Shown here: positions 51,569 through 64,000 of the stretch, in pieces | Layout of the letters: each line of letters starts with the position of its first letter | Position numbering within the stretch: position 1 is the stretch's first letter | DNA from: Podarcis liolepis | Lineage: Eukaryota | DNA: 64,000 nt | Assembly: GCA_965112155.1 (NCBI GenBank) | Contig: OZ218105.1 | Direction: 5' to 3' (one strand) | Notes under the pieces: model-generated | Seen by the model: only the letters and a program-made list of their open reading frames with translations | Database searches by the model: none | What the model was told of the DNA's origin: nothing | Position numbers and translations under genes: made by a program

Positions 51569-52567
51569 CACAACTCCTATGCTTTCTGGGACCGATGGGA
51601 AATTGAGCCACTTCCTGGTGGGGCCTTGTTGCGGTCCGGCCCCCTCAGCAGCGGGATGGGACGGCATCCCGCATCATGCTGGGGGAGACCCTGGCCACGT
51701 CAGGATGTCAGGCACCAATAATCTTGCCTGGGGGTGTGGCTGGGGACGATTTAAACCTTGGCGCGAAGGTTGCGTTATTGGCCTTGCTATGGACTTCGGT
51801 TGGTCGCCGTTGAGGAGCCTGGTAGGAATTTTTCCACTTGGCAAATTGGCACCAGCCACTTGGTTTTCACCTACCGTATTTTTTGCTCTATAAGACTCAC
51901 TTTTTCCCTCCTAAGAAGTAAGGGGAAATGTGTGTGTATCTTATGGAGCAAATGCAGGCTGTGCAGCTATCCCAGAAGCCAGAACAGCAAGAGGGATTGC
52001 TGCTTTCACTGCACAGCGATCCCTCTTGCTGTTCTGGCTTCTGAGATTCAGAATATATATATTTTTTGTTTTCCTCATCCAAAAACTTGTGGTCTTGTGG
52101 TCTGGTGCATCTTATAGCGCGAAAAATACGGTACCTCATAGCAATCATCTCAATTTTGTAAGGTTAGGCGGTTAGGCATTGGAATAGCGATGTGTGAGGG
52201 AGGGAAGGCGCGGCCATCGCCTGTCCATCCATGCTCAAGGGTATTCCATTAAAGAAATCCGGGGCTGTGGATCTTGTCCGAAGCCCAGGGAGCGGCTAGG
52301 GGCATTCCACAACCCCAGCGGGAAACCCAGGGGGGCTCGAGTCGATCCGCATCGGCGGGGCTCCCCCAACTAGAGGTTTAACTTTACCAGACTTCTTGCA
52401 AGGCAGGCAGGAGTCAGACATAGCCTGTTGATGCCAATGCCTAAGCCAATACCGCTCACATTCTGTAACCGATATAGTTCTAAATTTGCCCATTAGCATT
52501 TAACCTAAAAGTTCTGTGTCCTTGTGTTTTATTCAACTGGGCGTGGCTTGGGGGCCTTGACACGCAA
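51569..52567 (+). mobile_element. Ngaro/DIRS-type terminal repeat unit, interrupted by a MITE
   Basis: attggccttgctatggac...ggcctggtagga-like block and ccaatgcctaagccaatacc match 6388-7177 in reverse complement. Confidence 0.65.
51874..52131. mobile_element. Tc1/mariner-pogo-type MITE (258 bp), TA TSD, with a long internal hairpin
   Basis: ta|CCGTATTTTTTGCTCTATAAGA...TCTTATAGCGCGAAAAATACGG|ta; the empty site is visible in the paralogous repeat near 6798. Confidence 0.88.
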
Positions 52568-55344
52568 TCTGATTTGGATGTTACCCCATCTGTTACCCCT
52601 TCCTCAAGCCCCACCTGCACAAATGTTTTAAGACACATTGTTTTAGTGCTGCGTTGCTACATAATTCAACCCCAAAGAGTTGTTTTTTTTGGGGGGGGGG
52701 GGAATCTGCATTTCATCTAACTAGAACCATGCACAGAAAATGGGGCAGGTGTAGCATGATGCTATATCTACATTGTTTCTCCTGAATTTAGCTATTCCCA
52801 TTTATTCCATAAATGTCATCCTTTACAAGTCTCCAAAAAAAAAAAAAAAAGTTCTCATTCATGCTGCATCATGTGTTTTGCAGTCTATTGAAGACTTCAC
52901 ATTCATTCTCCTTTGGATGTGAATAGTGACAGCTGAGAGCTGATCCTTGTGTAAACAAAATGGCATCATCCATGCATGAGAGGGAGATTTCAACAGGCCT
53001 GGGGTAACCCCAAGGTTTGTAGAAGCAGAAGCACACATGCACACACAAAAAATTGTTTAGAAGGAAAGAAAAACCCTTAAAGAGGGACATAAAATAGTTC
53101 AACATGCTCATTGACCATAGAATGCTAACTACCTGAAGCAGGCAGGGTGAATTGAATAGATTATCCTGAGAAAGGGTATGGTTGGTTGGCTAGAACCCCA
53201 AACAGAAGTGCATTTTGTTGCATGCTCCAATTATTCCATCTTTTCCTCTTTTTCAAAATGTGTTTACATTCGTGGCCTTGTTTTTATATTGTATTTTCCA
53301 CAGTTCTATACTCCCAACTGAGCAGGAAAGGAATGTGATAAATGGAACAAACATGCTAAGTAAATGAAGTATCCCTCGCTAGCCCATCATAATTTATTTT
53401 CTTCTTTTTTTACACTTACTATTATTACTACTAAGTTAAAAGGAAACCAAGAATGCCGAATTGCATTGAGCAAAAGGCCTATAAGCAATATCGGTCCATG
53501 TATGTGGATAGCAATATGAGATTGCAAACTACAGAAGAAGAGTGTAATTATGAAGCCTGGATAGGACATGAGAACTGGAGAATTAGAGAGAATTAGATTA
53601 GAGACCTGATGAATTATTTGGTTCTAATGTTATTTCCAGAAAATGTGTTTAATATTACTGTCTGCTTGGTCAGGGAAGGAATGACTTATTGGGAGAAAGG
53701 CAAGGATGTTGTCAGCTGGGGTATGAAAATTCAGGTGACTAGCATTATGGATAAACTGGCTATCCATATTCACTAAGGTAGGACCTGACCAATACATTAA
53801 AGTGGTGCTCCAATCTGTCTCATCACTTCTACCAGTCTATGGTTGATATCCACCATTGCACCAACAGACATGGTAGGATCTCCCTTTCCTCTTCTCCATT
53901 CTTCAGCCATCTTCTGCCCTTCAATTTTCCCTGGAGGGTCCCAGAAGCTGCAGAAGGGGAAAACACATTTGTGCAACAGGAAGACCATTTGGTTGGCATC
54001 ACTGGATGGCACCCAAAACCTGATAAACAAATCAGATTAGTGCCAGTACAAATGAGAGGACTGCAAGCCTGGGAAGTGTCTGTTTTGCTACAATACAAAC
54101 TTTTTTGTGCTCTTATGTAAAAAACAAAAATAAATTTAATAGCAGCAAAAGCAACAGGATGTCAGAAGTATTTTGGTATTCATCATGAGGTAGCTGGGAG
54201 CCATGCTCATCTCTAAGATTACAACTTCAGCCTTACCATTGGACAGTGATTCTTCATGACGGTTCCCTCTTACTCTTAGTTGAGGGAATGCTTGGTTCTG
54301 TATCCTCCTGAGATGATGCTACTCATTTTAGAACATCATGTTGGACTTTGTAATTCACTTTGTGCAAGCCTCCGAGAGAGGATTTTAAAATTAAGCTTGT
54401 ATAAATGTGCAATTGCATTTGTATATTTTGTAAGGATTCCCCCCTTCTGCAGGCTGCTATTAATGGACTATATGCAATTATGCAGGAGGTGGCAAAATGT
54501 CAGGAAGCCATAACACTAGCTTTATTTTCCTCCCTTTAATTAAAAAGTCACTTCTGGCTACTGTGAGTGTGCTGCTTATGTAGGATTCCTTCTGTGCGTC
54601 TGCAAGGTGTTCCTTACAGCACAATCCAACACATGTAAACTCAGAGCTAAGTCCCATTGGGCTTTCTCCCTGGGAAGTTGATATAAGACTGCATATCTAA
54701 ACAGCACCTGCACAACTTAGGAGCTGTCAAACTGAGCATAGCTCTGCATTTCTGAACTGAACCTCCTGTTTGATTCTCATCTGGCATTGCACTGCATTGC
54801 ATTGCAACAAACAAACATCAAAACCTCAGGTGACTTATTGAGCTCATGGTGGGACATAATATTTGACCAGCAGGCTTCATTGGACTTGGTGACTCCAAAA
54901 TTGTGTACGCATCAGCTCTCTATGCTGATTTGAATAAAGCTGCATAACAGTTAGTCCTCCTATGTTCCATGAAATCCTACAAAGCTCGTGGGTGTCACAG
55001 TGCTGAAGGTAATTTCATTCTGGATTTAAGTATGCTTTCAGACAAGATTGAGTCTGCCAGATCTTATTTTATGTGCTTTATTTGGCTCTCCACTCTCTAT
55101 CAAACGTTATTTTGACAGAGCCACTGTAGCAGTCGAATGACCCAGGTCTCGACCTATTAATGTGAGGCAAGTATTTTTAAAATGACATTCTTGATTGTGA
55201 AGGAAAGTAGAAGTATGATCTGCCAAAGTGGATTAGGGTTTGATCTGTGCTACATGCTAAATGCATTGCTATTTCTGCAGCTGCTTTATGAAATATATAG
55301 AACATCAACTGGTGGTTTGACTTTAGTTTTTATTCTCCTCCATT

Positions 55345-55655
55345 CTTTTTTTAATAATAAATTTTATTAGATTTTCAAAAAATTAGCATATAAACTTCAA
55401 TACATGATAAATTTATCTTTATCTTACTTCCCACCCCATTTTCTAGGGTGTTTTTATTTCTCCTCCTCTGCTGCACACTACAGGCTCTATCTCTTATACC
55501 ATGGCAACAATACTATATTATCTAATTCCTTCAGTTGCTCATATTTTCTTAAGTAGTCCGAAAAGGGCTTCCATTCTTCCACAAAGAAATCATTTTTAGA
55601 TTCCCTTATTTTGGGTGCCAATTCAGCATAGTCCATCACTTTACTCTCCTCCCTT
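55345..55655 (-). mobile_element. L1-type LINE 3' end
   Basis: Minus strand KVMDYAELA.KIRE....F.EEWKPF then 3' UTR, AATAAA and an A-rich tail. Confidence 0.65.
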
Positions 55656-58208
55656 CTTCACTGTAAAGCATGGGAGCTTGGCCCCGTAATTTGTAATAAG
55701 TGTCTAAAGAAAGACAGAAGACTAAAACAAATGACCACTTCCTAATATGTGGTTTTGGATCATCATGTTATGCCAGTGAGGTGGTGTCTAGGCTTCAGGA
55801 AATCCTATCTCTCCCACGGTGGGATGCCCAGAAGCAGATAAACAAGAAGCGTTCTTACAAAGTAGTTCATTCAATATTCACAGAGATGAAGGAATGTGGT
55901 CTTTCTTAGATAATGCTCCAAGTAAAGTCCCACCTCCTCAGTCCCTCCTATTCTATGTCACCTCTGTGCTTTCTGCCTCTGAGCTTTCTTTTCTACTACT
56001 CTCAAGGCATGCCTGGTCCTGGGAGAGGGGGCAGGTCAGGAAGGCTTTATAGAGACACTGAGTCTGTTAGCTGTCTCTCCCCTGGTGCTTCTTCTTCCTG
56101 CTGCTCTCCCAATATTTCCCAGCTGCAGCCTCTGAACTGTGACCTTCTGCAAACCACTGTTTTAAATCTATACTGTCCTCCTCTTCTTGGGAAGGTGCAG
56201 GAAGGGGTGGGGGGTTCCTACCATTCCTTCTCAGCCCAGCCCCTGACAGGTGTTAGCACTTCTGCCAGCTGAGCAACATGGAAGGTTCCACCACTGTGCA
56301 CCTCCATTTCTCAGTGCAAATGCTCCAAAACCTGAGATGATGTTGGCATCAGGATGTGCTGTAGTATATAGGCTCCTCTCATGTAGCCTATATCTTCTGA
56401 TGTTAGTCCATCAATATACATAGGAAGGAATAGCTCTACTTTTATAACACCACCATTGCAATGCTTCCCATGGAAAGTTTGTATTCTGTCGCATCTGCCC
56501 ATTGGGTGGTTGAAACATATCCCACCCGTATCATAAACTGAGTCATTCCAATCAGAAACTGAGTAGGAATATTTTCACTGTAGGGTTGACATCTCCTACT
56601 CAGGGCATGAGGTGGAAACTTTTATATCTCCAGATGCTGTAGGAGTCAAGGCAGACACAGCTGCTACTTCCTGTTTGCTTCTTGATTCTGTCTCATGCCT
56701 ACCTCCCCTGCCTACTGGAGCAAATAGTTGTCCTGATTCACTTTTTATTCTAATCTTAGTGGCAACTCTACTGCTGTGATGTCAGTGAAATATAAATTAT
56801 AGAGTTGCCACCAAAATTGCCCCTGGAACAAACTTGGAAATTAATTTTGTGGGCTAACCATCAGGAGAAACTTCCGAGGAATGTCAAGGGAAGTCCAGAA
56901 AGTTCTAGAAGGCATCAAGCATTTTGGATGAAATGAATTCATGCATTCCTACCACTTAATAAATGGTTTCTTGTGTTGACCCAGAATATCCCCACATTTT
57001 CTGGGCCAATCATGGTTGCATCCTCTAAATACTGCTTTTGATTTCATAACACATGGATCTGATGTTGTCAAATGAAATCTAGTGGAAATGGTATGAAACT
57101 GATGCAAGGTTATGATTATGGTACGTGTGACTCTGATCAATACTTTTGCTAAATAGGGATGCCTTTCAATAATTTACTATTTTATATGTATATACAAAAT
57201 CTTATTTGAATCTATTTCAGGATGATTTCAAGCCAACATCTTTCTACACCCATGTTTTTCTTAACAGAAATGTGGTTTGATGCACTGCCTCTTTCCAATT
57301 CTGTTATGATGGCTGCAAAATCTGCTAGTGAGAGAGAACCCAAAACATTAGGGTTTTGCATAGTGCAGAATCCATGTGATTCAATACTAATTGGCAGCAT
57401 GGATAGAACTTGGAGATCTCCTGTTCTGCCTTGAAACTGCTATCTCATCTATTTATACTGCGGTGGGCAGCTAAACCCTATCATCACCCCATCAGGTCTG
57501 ATTTGTGGCTGTCGATTTGTCTTCCTTTCAAACCTGTGCTGGTGAGGTGATGGAAGAGGTGGTGAGCAATTGCCTTAGGAGAAATAACAAAGAGCCACCC
57601 TCCCAACTAAATGTCTAATTTGTCAAGTTTGGCGAGTATCGCGCAGGGTTTCCCTGTGTGAGCTTTGCACGACCCATCTGGATTCCAATGGTTTTTATTT
57701 TTCCTTCCTGAAAGTGTCATGCAGAGCCTTGGCAGGGATTAATAGAGGACTCTGGCTCCTCTACATGTTGCCCTGTGTACTGTGTGTGCATCCAGATTGC
57801 TAATGATAAACTAGTTTATACTTGCAGCTCTGCTAGCAAATATCCATGCATTTCAGGGAACCGGGCTCTGCTGGTTGGTGTGTGCACCATAGATTCTCAG
57901 TTTGCTCCTAGCATGCCTCTCCATAACTTGTCTTATTTAAAAAAAAAAAAAAATAATAGTCTGCTGTAATCCAATTAATCAGCAGAAACATTTTTCTAGG
58001 AATGAAACCAGCTGCAAATGGGGTTTTAACATCATCACTCCTCCTTCAAGCACCCCCCTTTAAAAAAAATATCAAGGAGTCTTAAACAGGCAAGTTCCAA
58101 GACTATCAAATAGTCATTTTGTAGAATGTATAAGTGAATGGAGGAAAAGTTGAAATGTATTGAATCTAGCAAAAATAAATAAATAGCTCCAATAGTGGGG
58201 AAAGGATA

Positions 58209-58570
58209 AAGGTAAAGGTCCCCCTGCCCGTATGGGCCAGTCGTGTCCGACTCTAGGGTTGTGCGCTCATCTCACTTAAGAGGCCGGGAGCCAGCGCTGT
58301 CCGAAGACACTTCCGGGTCATGTGGCCAGTGTGATGAAGCTGCTCTGGCGAGCCAGCACCAGCGCAGCACACGGAAACGCCATTTACCTTCCCACTATAA
58401 AGCGGTACCTATTTATCTACTTGCACTTAGGGGTGCTTTCGAACTGCTAGGTGGGCAGGAGCTGGGACCAAAAGATGGGAGCTCACCCCGCCATGGGGGT
58501 TCAAACCGCCGACCATACGGTCGGCAAGTCCTAGGCACTGAGGTTTTACCCACAGCGCCACCCGCATCCC
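58209..58570 (-). mobile_element. Sauria SINE (variant 3' region), 12-bp TSD with extra 5' junction bases
   Basis: TSD ggggaaaggata at 58197 and 58584; 13 extra nt at 58571-58583. Confidence 0.9.
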
Positions 58571-58689
58571 TATAGAAAGGATAGGGGAAAGGATAGAATT
58601 TGACAAAGGAATAACAGTAGATGTGGGCTTATACTTCATTAGGGATGAAGGAGAAATGTGATTCAGTTTCACACTTAAAGATGAACCTT

Positions 58690-59720
58690 CCTAACTAATG
58701 GTATCAAAAGCCACTGAGAAGTTGAGCATTAACAAAGACATATTTCCTCCGTCTCTCTCCCATCATAGGTACAGGCCAACCAAAGCAGCTTTGGTGCCAA
58801 ACTAAGCCTAAACCCTGATTGAAATGAATATAGAAAACCAGTTTCCTCCAAGAGTGCCTGGATATGGTCTGTGACCACCCACTCAAGAAGCAGAGATTGG
58901 CAAGTGGCTGGTAACTACTTAGATTTTCTGAATCCAATGAGGGTTTCTTGAAGAGTGGCTTTCACCACTGCCTCCTTCAAACAGGCAGGGACCACCCCCT
59001 CTTGCAAGGAAGCATTGATCACCTCCTTGGCCCAACCAGTTGTACTCTCCCTGATAGTTTTTATCAGCCACAAGGGGCAAGTGTCCAGTTGCCAGCAGTC
59101 ATGTCTTCAACCCTTAGTAACTGAAATTCATCCAATGCAATAGGACTAGGCAGTGCTCTGGACATTCCTCGGGATTCATCTGCTGTGATAGTGGAGCCAA
59201 GGTCCCAGTGAATGCAACCAAATTTTTGGTCGAAATAATTTGCGGACAAGTTACAGTTCCACCACCTCCTTTGGGTCAGACTGTAAAAGTCCCCACACTA
59301 CCTGGGAGAGCTCTGCTGGACAGCACAATAAGGATGCAATGGAGACAGCAAAGTATGCCTTCTTTGCTGCCTTCATTGTTAATAGTTAGGCTTGATGATG
59401 AGCCCCACCAGTATTTGATTGTATTTGACTGGAGTTTTCCTCCACTCATGTTCAAACCATATCCCAGCTTGTTTCCTCACCCTAAGTTCTGGAGAGCACC
59501 AAGTGGAAGTGGGCATTGAAGACTGATCATGTCAACAGTCTGAGCCATTTGGATGTTCCAGAGGTCGCCCAGGGCTTCTACAAAAGTGCCAGTCACATCA
59601 GCCAGAAAATCCCCCAGAGCTGTCTGGAAATCCATCAGCCTCCGAGGGTGAAACATTCCGCACAAGGGGGAGGGTAGAGGCTGAAACACTAAATCTCACT
59701 TTCAGATCACCGCCTTCCTA
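58690..59720 (-). mobile_element. Decayed L2 ORF2 internal fragment (post-endonuclease to RT)
   Basis: ORFs HPRRLMDFQTALGDF...VEALGDLWN and SYQPLANLCFL resemble L2 RPRRLMDP..FQ.ALG and NYRPVSNLPFL. Confidence 0.7.
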
Positions 59721-60416
59721 CCCAGCTGAGAAAACAAGGTCCAGAATGTGGCCTGCAACATGCTCTCTTCCATAGCTTGGGCTCTGAAAAGAACATTGCT
59801 ATGTGAATTAAACTATGTCCCAAAGCCTCCTTTACTACATTTATAGTACAAATGTAGCCAGAAACCACTGGTATGAATCCATGTGTGTTTGTCAGAGAGG
59901 GTAAGATTCCAGATGAAAATAGGAAGGCTTAACAAAACACACACACACACACACACGAACACACGAACACACAGAGAGATGCCATGCACTTCTCTTTTCT
60001 TTTTTTCTTTGAAAAGCAGGATAGAATTATTTCAGCATTTCATGCCACACCAATTCCAGGCAGAATAGCATTCAAAACTCTCCCTGTGTATCTCTGCTCT
60101 GTTACCCACATGGAAAAAATGATACATTGATTCTCTCTGTGCGTGCTGTATCTTGTTGCAAAATGTCTTCTATCGGTGTAGATTCACCTGTTCATTTCCT
60201 GTGATTATAATGTGCAAACTGTCTCGCCATTGACATGTAGAGCTTGCCTTGCACTAGTGCTGTGCTGACAATATATATCCTATATTCTGTAGCAGTTAAT
60301 GAAAAAAAGAACTGCATATCAAAGGGAAGACAATGTTTTGGTAAAATTCCCATTGGTAGACTGCAGAGTTTTAGTTGAGCTAACCTTACTAGGTGACCGG
60401 AGGAACTCTGTGTGAC

Positions 60417-60460
60417 CCTTCCTTCCTTCCTTCCTTCCTTCCTTCCTTCCTTCCTTCCTT
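60417..60460. repeat. (CCTT)n microsatellite
   Basis: Directly visible. Confidence 0.95.
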
Positions 60461-62349
60461 TAAATTTTATTTTCAGTGGTGTTCACTCTGTAGCCTTCTT
60501 GGGAGGCTGTGTTTCCTGAAAACTCCATAACCTCATCATCTTAATTTCCTTGTAAGTCTGGAAAAGTAGGGAGGCTAACAATTGTACATCTGAAAACTGT
60601 TCATTTGTTTTTCTATGGTGTGTTCAAATTATGGTATGCGGGACCACTCTAGGTTTCCATGGAAACAGACATTGGTCATAGTAGGTGACATATCATGCTA
60701 GGTTCACTGTTGTCCTGCAAAGCACAATAGTATTAGATGTGAGTAGTAATGTATTCTCTATACGTGTTGTGTGATGTTGAGGGCAAACAGGCTATAGGAA
60801 CATAAGAGGCCTGGTGGGTCAGACCAAAGGCCCATCTGCTCCATCCTCTTGTTCACATAATGACCACCCAAGTTCTTATTACACATCCTTGGCATGCATT
60901 ACTAAGACATGGGTGGAAGTGATGGTTGGGTAGGGTTCTGTCATTTGTTTCCCTTATGGCTATGTAAACTCACCTGAATTAATTACTGCTGTAAACTTGA
61001 ATCAAAGCTACTTTTCATCCTGAGAGTGATTATTGGCCAAAGTCATCATTGGTTTGAATTCAGCAGTGCTAAACTGGAAATGAATCGGACATGAAAACAC
61101 ACAGACCATGGCTTTTCCTTTATGTCTGAAAATGGCAGGTGCAATTGGTTTGGAAAGGGATAAAGCAAAATTGACTTGAGCCGTGACCTTCTATGCCAAG
61201 TTAAAGACCAGAACAAATTTCTAAAAGGTTGAGTTATAAACCTCAGAAGAGCAGTTTTTATTGCAAAAGTGCTGATGCAACCTTAACCATAAGTGTGGGT
61301 GACTGGTGTGGCTATAATTTTGTTAAACAGCAGATATGGGTGCCTGTGCCCGTTAACAACTAATATATCATGAATGGCAAATGCTGAACAGAGGAAATGT
61401 GGAAGCAAAATGCAGCAAGAGATGAGCAAGTAATTAATGCAAAGAGTCCACAGGAGGGCAAGAAATCTTCCTTTGACTAGCTGTGATGGAGGACATATCT
61501 TTTATCAGTTGTTAAATCCATTAATTGGAATGTTTCTGGTGTTTGCATGAAAGTGGTGCACAATAATTTATGGATGTTCAGGAAGTTGTATATTGCACCA
61601 TGTGCCGATTTTCTGTCAACAGAGAACAGATCACATCACAATATTTCTACATTTTGTAGCTAAACGTGCAAATTTAGAGTGATCTAATTTCGAATGAAAC
61701 CGGAGCATTACTTTTTACTTGTGAATCGTGGTTTGGCTACTTGGTATATTCTTGCACAACACTGTATTATAGGCTTGGGCACACTTTTGTTTCTGTATCT
61801 TTCTGACCAAGCGATTGTCCACACTTCCACTTCTCCCGCCACTTTCCCCCAAGGAAACCCACTGTTTCCTGCTGAATCAGAACAAACATCAAACGGGTTT
61901 TCTGCAGATTAATGTTTGCCCTCATTCAGTGGCAAAAAGCGTGTTTTCCCAGGGGAAAGTGGTGCGGCCACCAAGAAACTTCTTGGACCTATGCCCAGAA
62001 AGCATGGAAGAAGAGAAAGTATGGACAAGCCCTGATAGCAGAGGAACAAATAGCTGAACAAGAAGCTGAAATAGAACCTACTGAATTGCAACACCAGTTA
62101 TCCCCCCCCCCCACCGATGGTTCTCATCTATAGTGTGTTGCAAAGACCCATCACAAAGCATATCAGAAGACAATGGTTTTATCAAATGGTATAAGAATTT
62201 GACACCTAGGTTGAGCATTGTATTACAGAGTGTGCTAACTGACTGAATCAGGGGAAATAAGGTCAGTCTAGGCGAAACGGAAGTGGTATAGTTAGAAGTG
62301 GTATAGCCTCATCTGAGTACTAGCGCCCCCTATTTCCCCACTGACTCTT

Positions 62350-62689
62350 GCAGGTGGAGCTGTGGTCTAAACCACCAAGCCTCTTGGGCTTGCCGATCAG
62401 AAGGTTGGCAGTTCGAATGCGCACGATGGGGTGAGCTCCTGTTGCTCTGTCCCAGCTCCTGCCAACCTAGCAGTTCGAAAGCACACCAGTGGAAGTAGAT
62501 AAAGAGGTACCACTGCAGCGGGAAGGTAAACAACATTTCTGTGCACTCTGGTTTCTGTCACAGTGTTCCACTGCGCTGGAAGCAGTTTAGTCATGCTGGC
62601 CACATGACCCGGAAAGCTGTCTGTGGACAATTGCTGGCTCCCTCAAGCTGAAAATGAGATGAGCACCGCAACCCCATATTCACCTTTCC
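62350..62689 (+). mobile_element. Older Sauria SINE
   Basis: ggtggagctgtggtctaaacc...ctcctgccaacctagcagttcgaaagcac...ggccacatgacccggaa; imperfect TSD ccactgactc/ccattgactc. Confidence 0.85.
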
Positions 62690-62897
62690 ATTGACTCAGC
62701 CAGCAGGTTGCTGGGCTGGCTGTTCCAGGTCGAGGAAGTTACAGCCATAGGAGTCAACTCCTAGGGACTGAGATACCTTTGCCCCCCAATAAAACATTTG
62801 AGGGGTTCAGCCCCCCCCCAAAGTTGATGGGCATTGCCATTCATACGGTGTGTGCGCACCACATCTCTGTGATCAATTATGTGGGGTGGTGCTTACC

Positions 62898-63247
62898 AAG
62901 ACCCTCCAAGTGTCACTATTTTCCAGGGACTGTCCCAAATTTACAGAAGCCATCCCAGTTTCTGATTTGATCCTGGAATGTTAGGGCGGCCCTATTTTCA
63001 TCGGAGAAATGTTGGAGGGTATGATGTTATGTGACACCCCCCCGCCCCGAGCCAAGGAGTAAATAACCATACAACCTTTAGAAGACATCTGAAAGCAGCC
63101 CTGTATAGGGAAGTTTCTTAATATTTGATGTTTTAGCATGTTTTTGTATATGTTGGAATTCACTTAGAGTGACTGGGGAAGCCCAGTCAGATGAGTGGGG
63201 TATATAACAAGAAGAAGAAGAAGAAGAAGAAGAAGAAGAAGAAGAAG

Positions 63248-63279
<32 letters not shown>

Positions 63280-63333
63280 GTGGTGACAGTGTAGGGCATC
63301 CCTATTTTCAACAGGGAGATGTTGGAGGGTGTG
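62898..63333 (+). mobile_element. Composite MITE (6-bp TSD CTTACC) carrying an L2 tail and (GAA)n
   Basis: cttacc|aagaccctccaag...ttggagggtatg, spacer, L2 3' end, (GAA)n, second end gttggagggtgtg|cttacc. Confidence 0.75.
63209..63277. repeat. (GAA)n microsatellite at the captured L2 tail
   Basis: Directly visible; source of the poly-R and poly-S ORFs. Confidence 0.95.
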
Positions 63334-64000
63334 CTTACCTCCCCCCCCCCAATATTTTGTTCAAGTTGGCACCCCTGGTTACAGCCCAAGATTACCCTGT
63401 TCCAAACTCACTAAGGCCAGTGAATATTGCTCTGGAGTAAGCTGTAAATGTCAGAAAGGTGTGTGTGTTTCAGCCGGTTCCTGCAGAGCTCCCAAGATTG
63501 CTCACGTAATACTTTGAGGATGCACAAATGTTGTTGTTGTTGTTACACTTTTACTGTATTTATTATTAAAAACATATCCTTCCCTGCCTAGCAACCATGC
63601 TTTAGGAGGTGACTGGTGTCTAGGCAGGCAGTCTTTCCAATCACTATCAACCCCAGTTTTCTCCCCATATCTCTTCCTTCCCCCTTTAACTATCTTTTTC
63701 TGTGTCTTGGCAGTGCTCCTTGAGATTGTCATGTTACTTTTGCATTCCTTTCGCAAGAGATTCTAGTGCAGAGGACAGCCAAACACTCTGTTTCAACTCG
63801 CTGTCTCTGTGTCAACACAATGCTCAAAGGAATACGCTTACATAAGTGAAGTTCCTCTCTTAACAACTTGTGCTGATGAAACATACACTAGAACAAAACC
63901 TAACGTGAAGCTTCCATCGATCTGGGACGTAGCCTAGTATCTGGACGTTTAATGTATATACGTATTCCCTATGGCTGGCTTCTTATCTTCCTTTTTGTAC

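Larger units (their letters stand above)
62746..63377. mobile_element. hAT MITE, 8-bp TSD GTTACAGC, hosting the composite MITE
   Basis: gttacagc|CATAGGAGTCAACT...AGTTGGCACCCCTG|gttacagc. Confidence 0.8.

Noticed and set aside
63078-63440. Poly-Arg and poly-Ser ORFs
   Set aside because: Translation of the (GAA)n microsatellite
63870-63915. CTGATGA...GAAG as another hammerhead
   Set aside because: No stem II pairing and no GAAA core
1-64000. CRISPR array, operon or prokaryotic defence system
   Set aside because: No regularly spaced repeat-spacer array and no long ORFs; the repeat content is vertebrate

Overview
This is eukaryotic (vertebrate) non-coding DNA, not a microbial locus. The repeat content points to a squamate reptile, most likely a lacertid lizard: six Sauria/Squam1 SINEs, a Bov-B tail, L2/CR1/L1/RTE-X-like/R4-like LINE remnants, tRNA-derived SINEs, and many Tc1/mariner-Tigger and hAT MITEs. 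There are three short assembly gaps. I found no intact protein-coding gene, rRNA, true tRNA or CRISPR array. The ORFs in the track that I could assign are decayed retroelement pieces; the rest look like chance ORFs. The window reads like a large intron or gene desert with enhancer-like AT-rich blocks carrying PBX-HOX/MEIS motifs (about 23.9-26.6 kb). Most notable: (1) a composite MITE family with 6-bp TSDs that has captured an L2 LINE tail and moved as one unit (two copies, one nested in a hAT MITE); (2) three diverged members of a tyrosine-recombinase (Ngaro/DIRS-type) retroelement family, one retaining an SGNH-hydrolase pseudo-ORF; (3) a sequence-intact minimal hammerhead ribozyme in a Penelope-like terminus, plus decayed copies; (4) a Sauria SINE with a perfect 34-bp target-site duplication; (5) tiny hairpin MITEs and a head-duplicated SINE. 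Family names come from motif recognition by eye and need RepeatMasker/Dfam confirmation. I cannot claim a genuinely new multi-gene system here.
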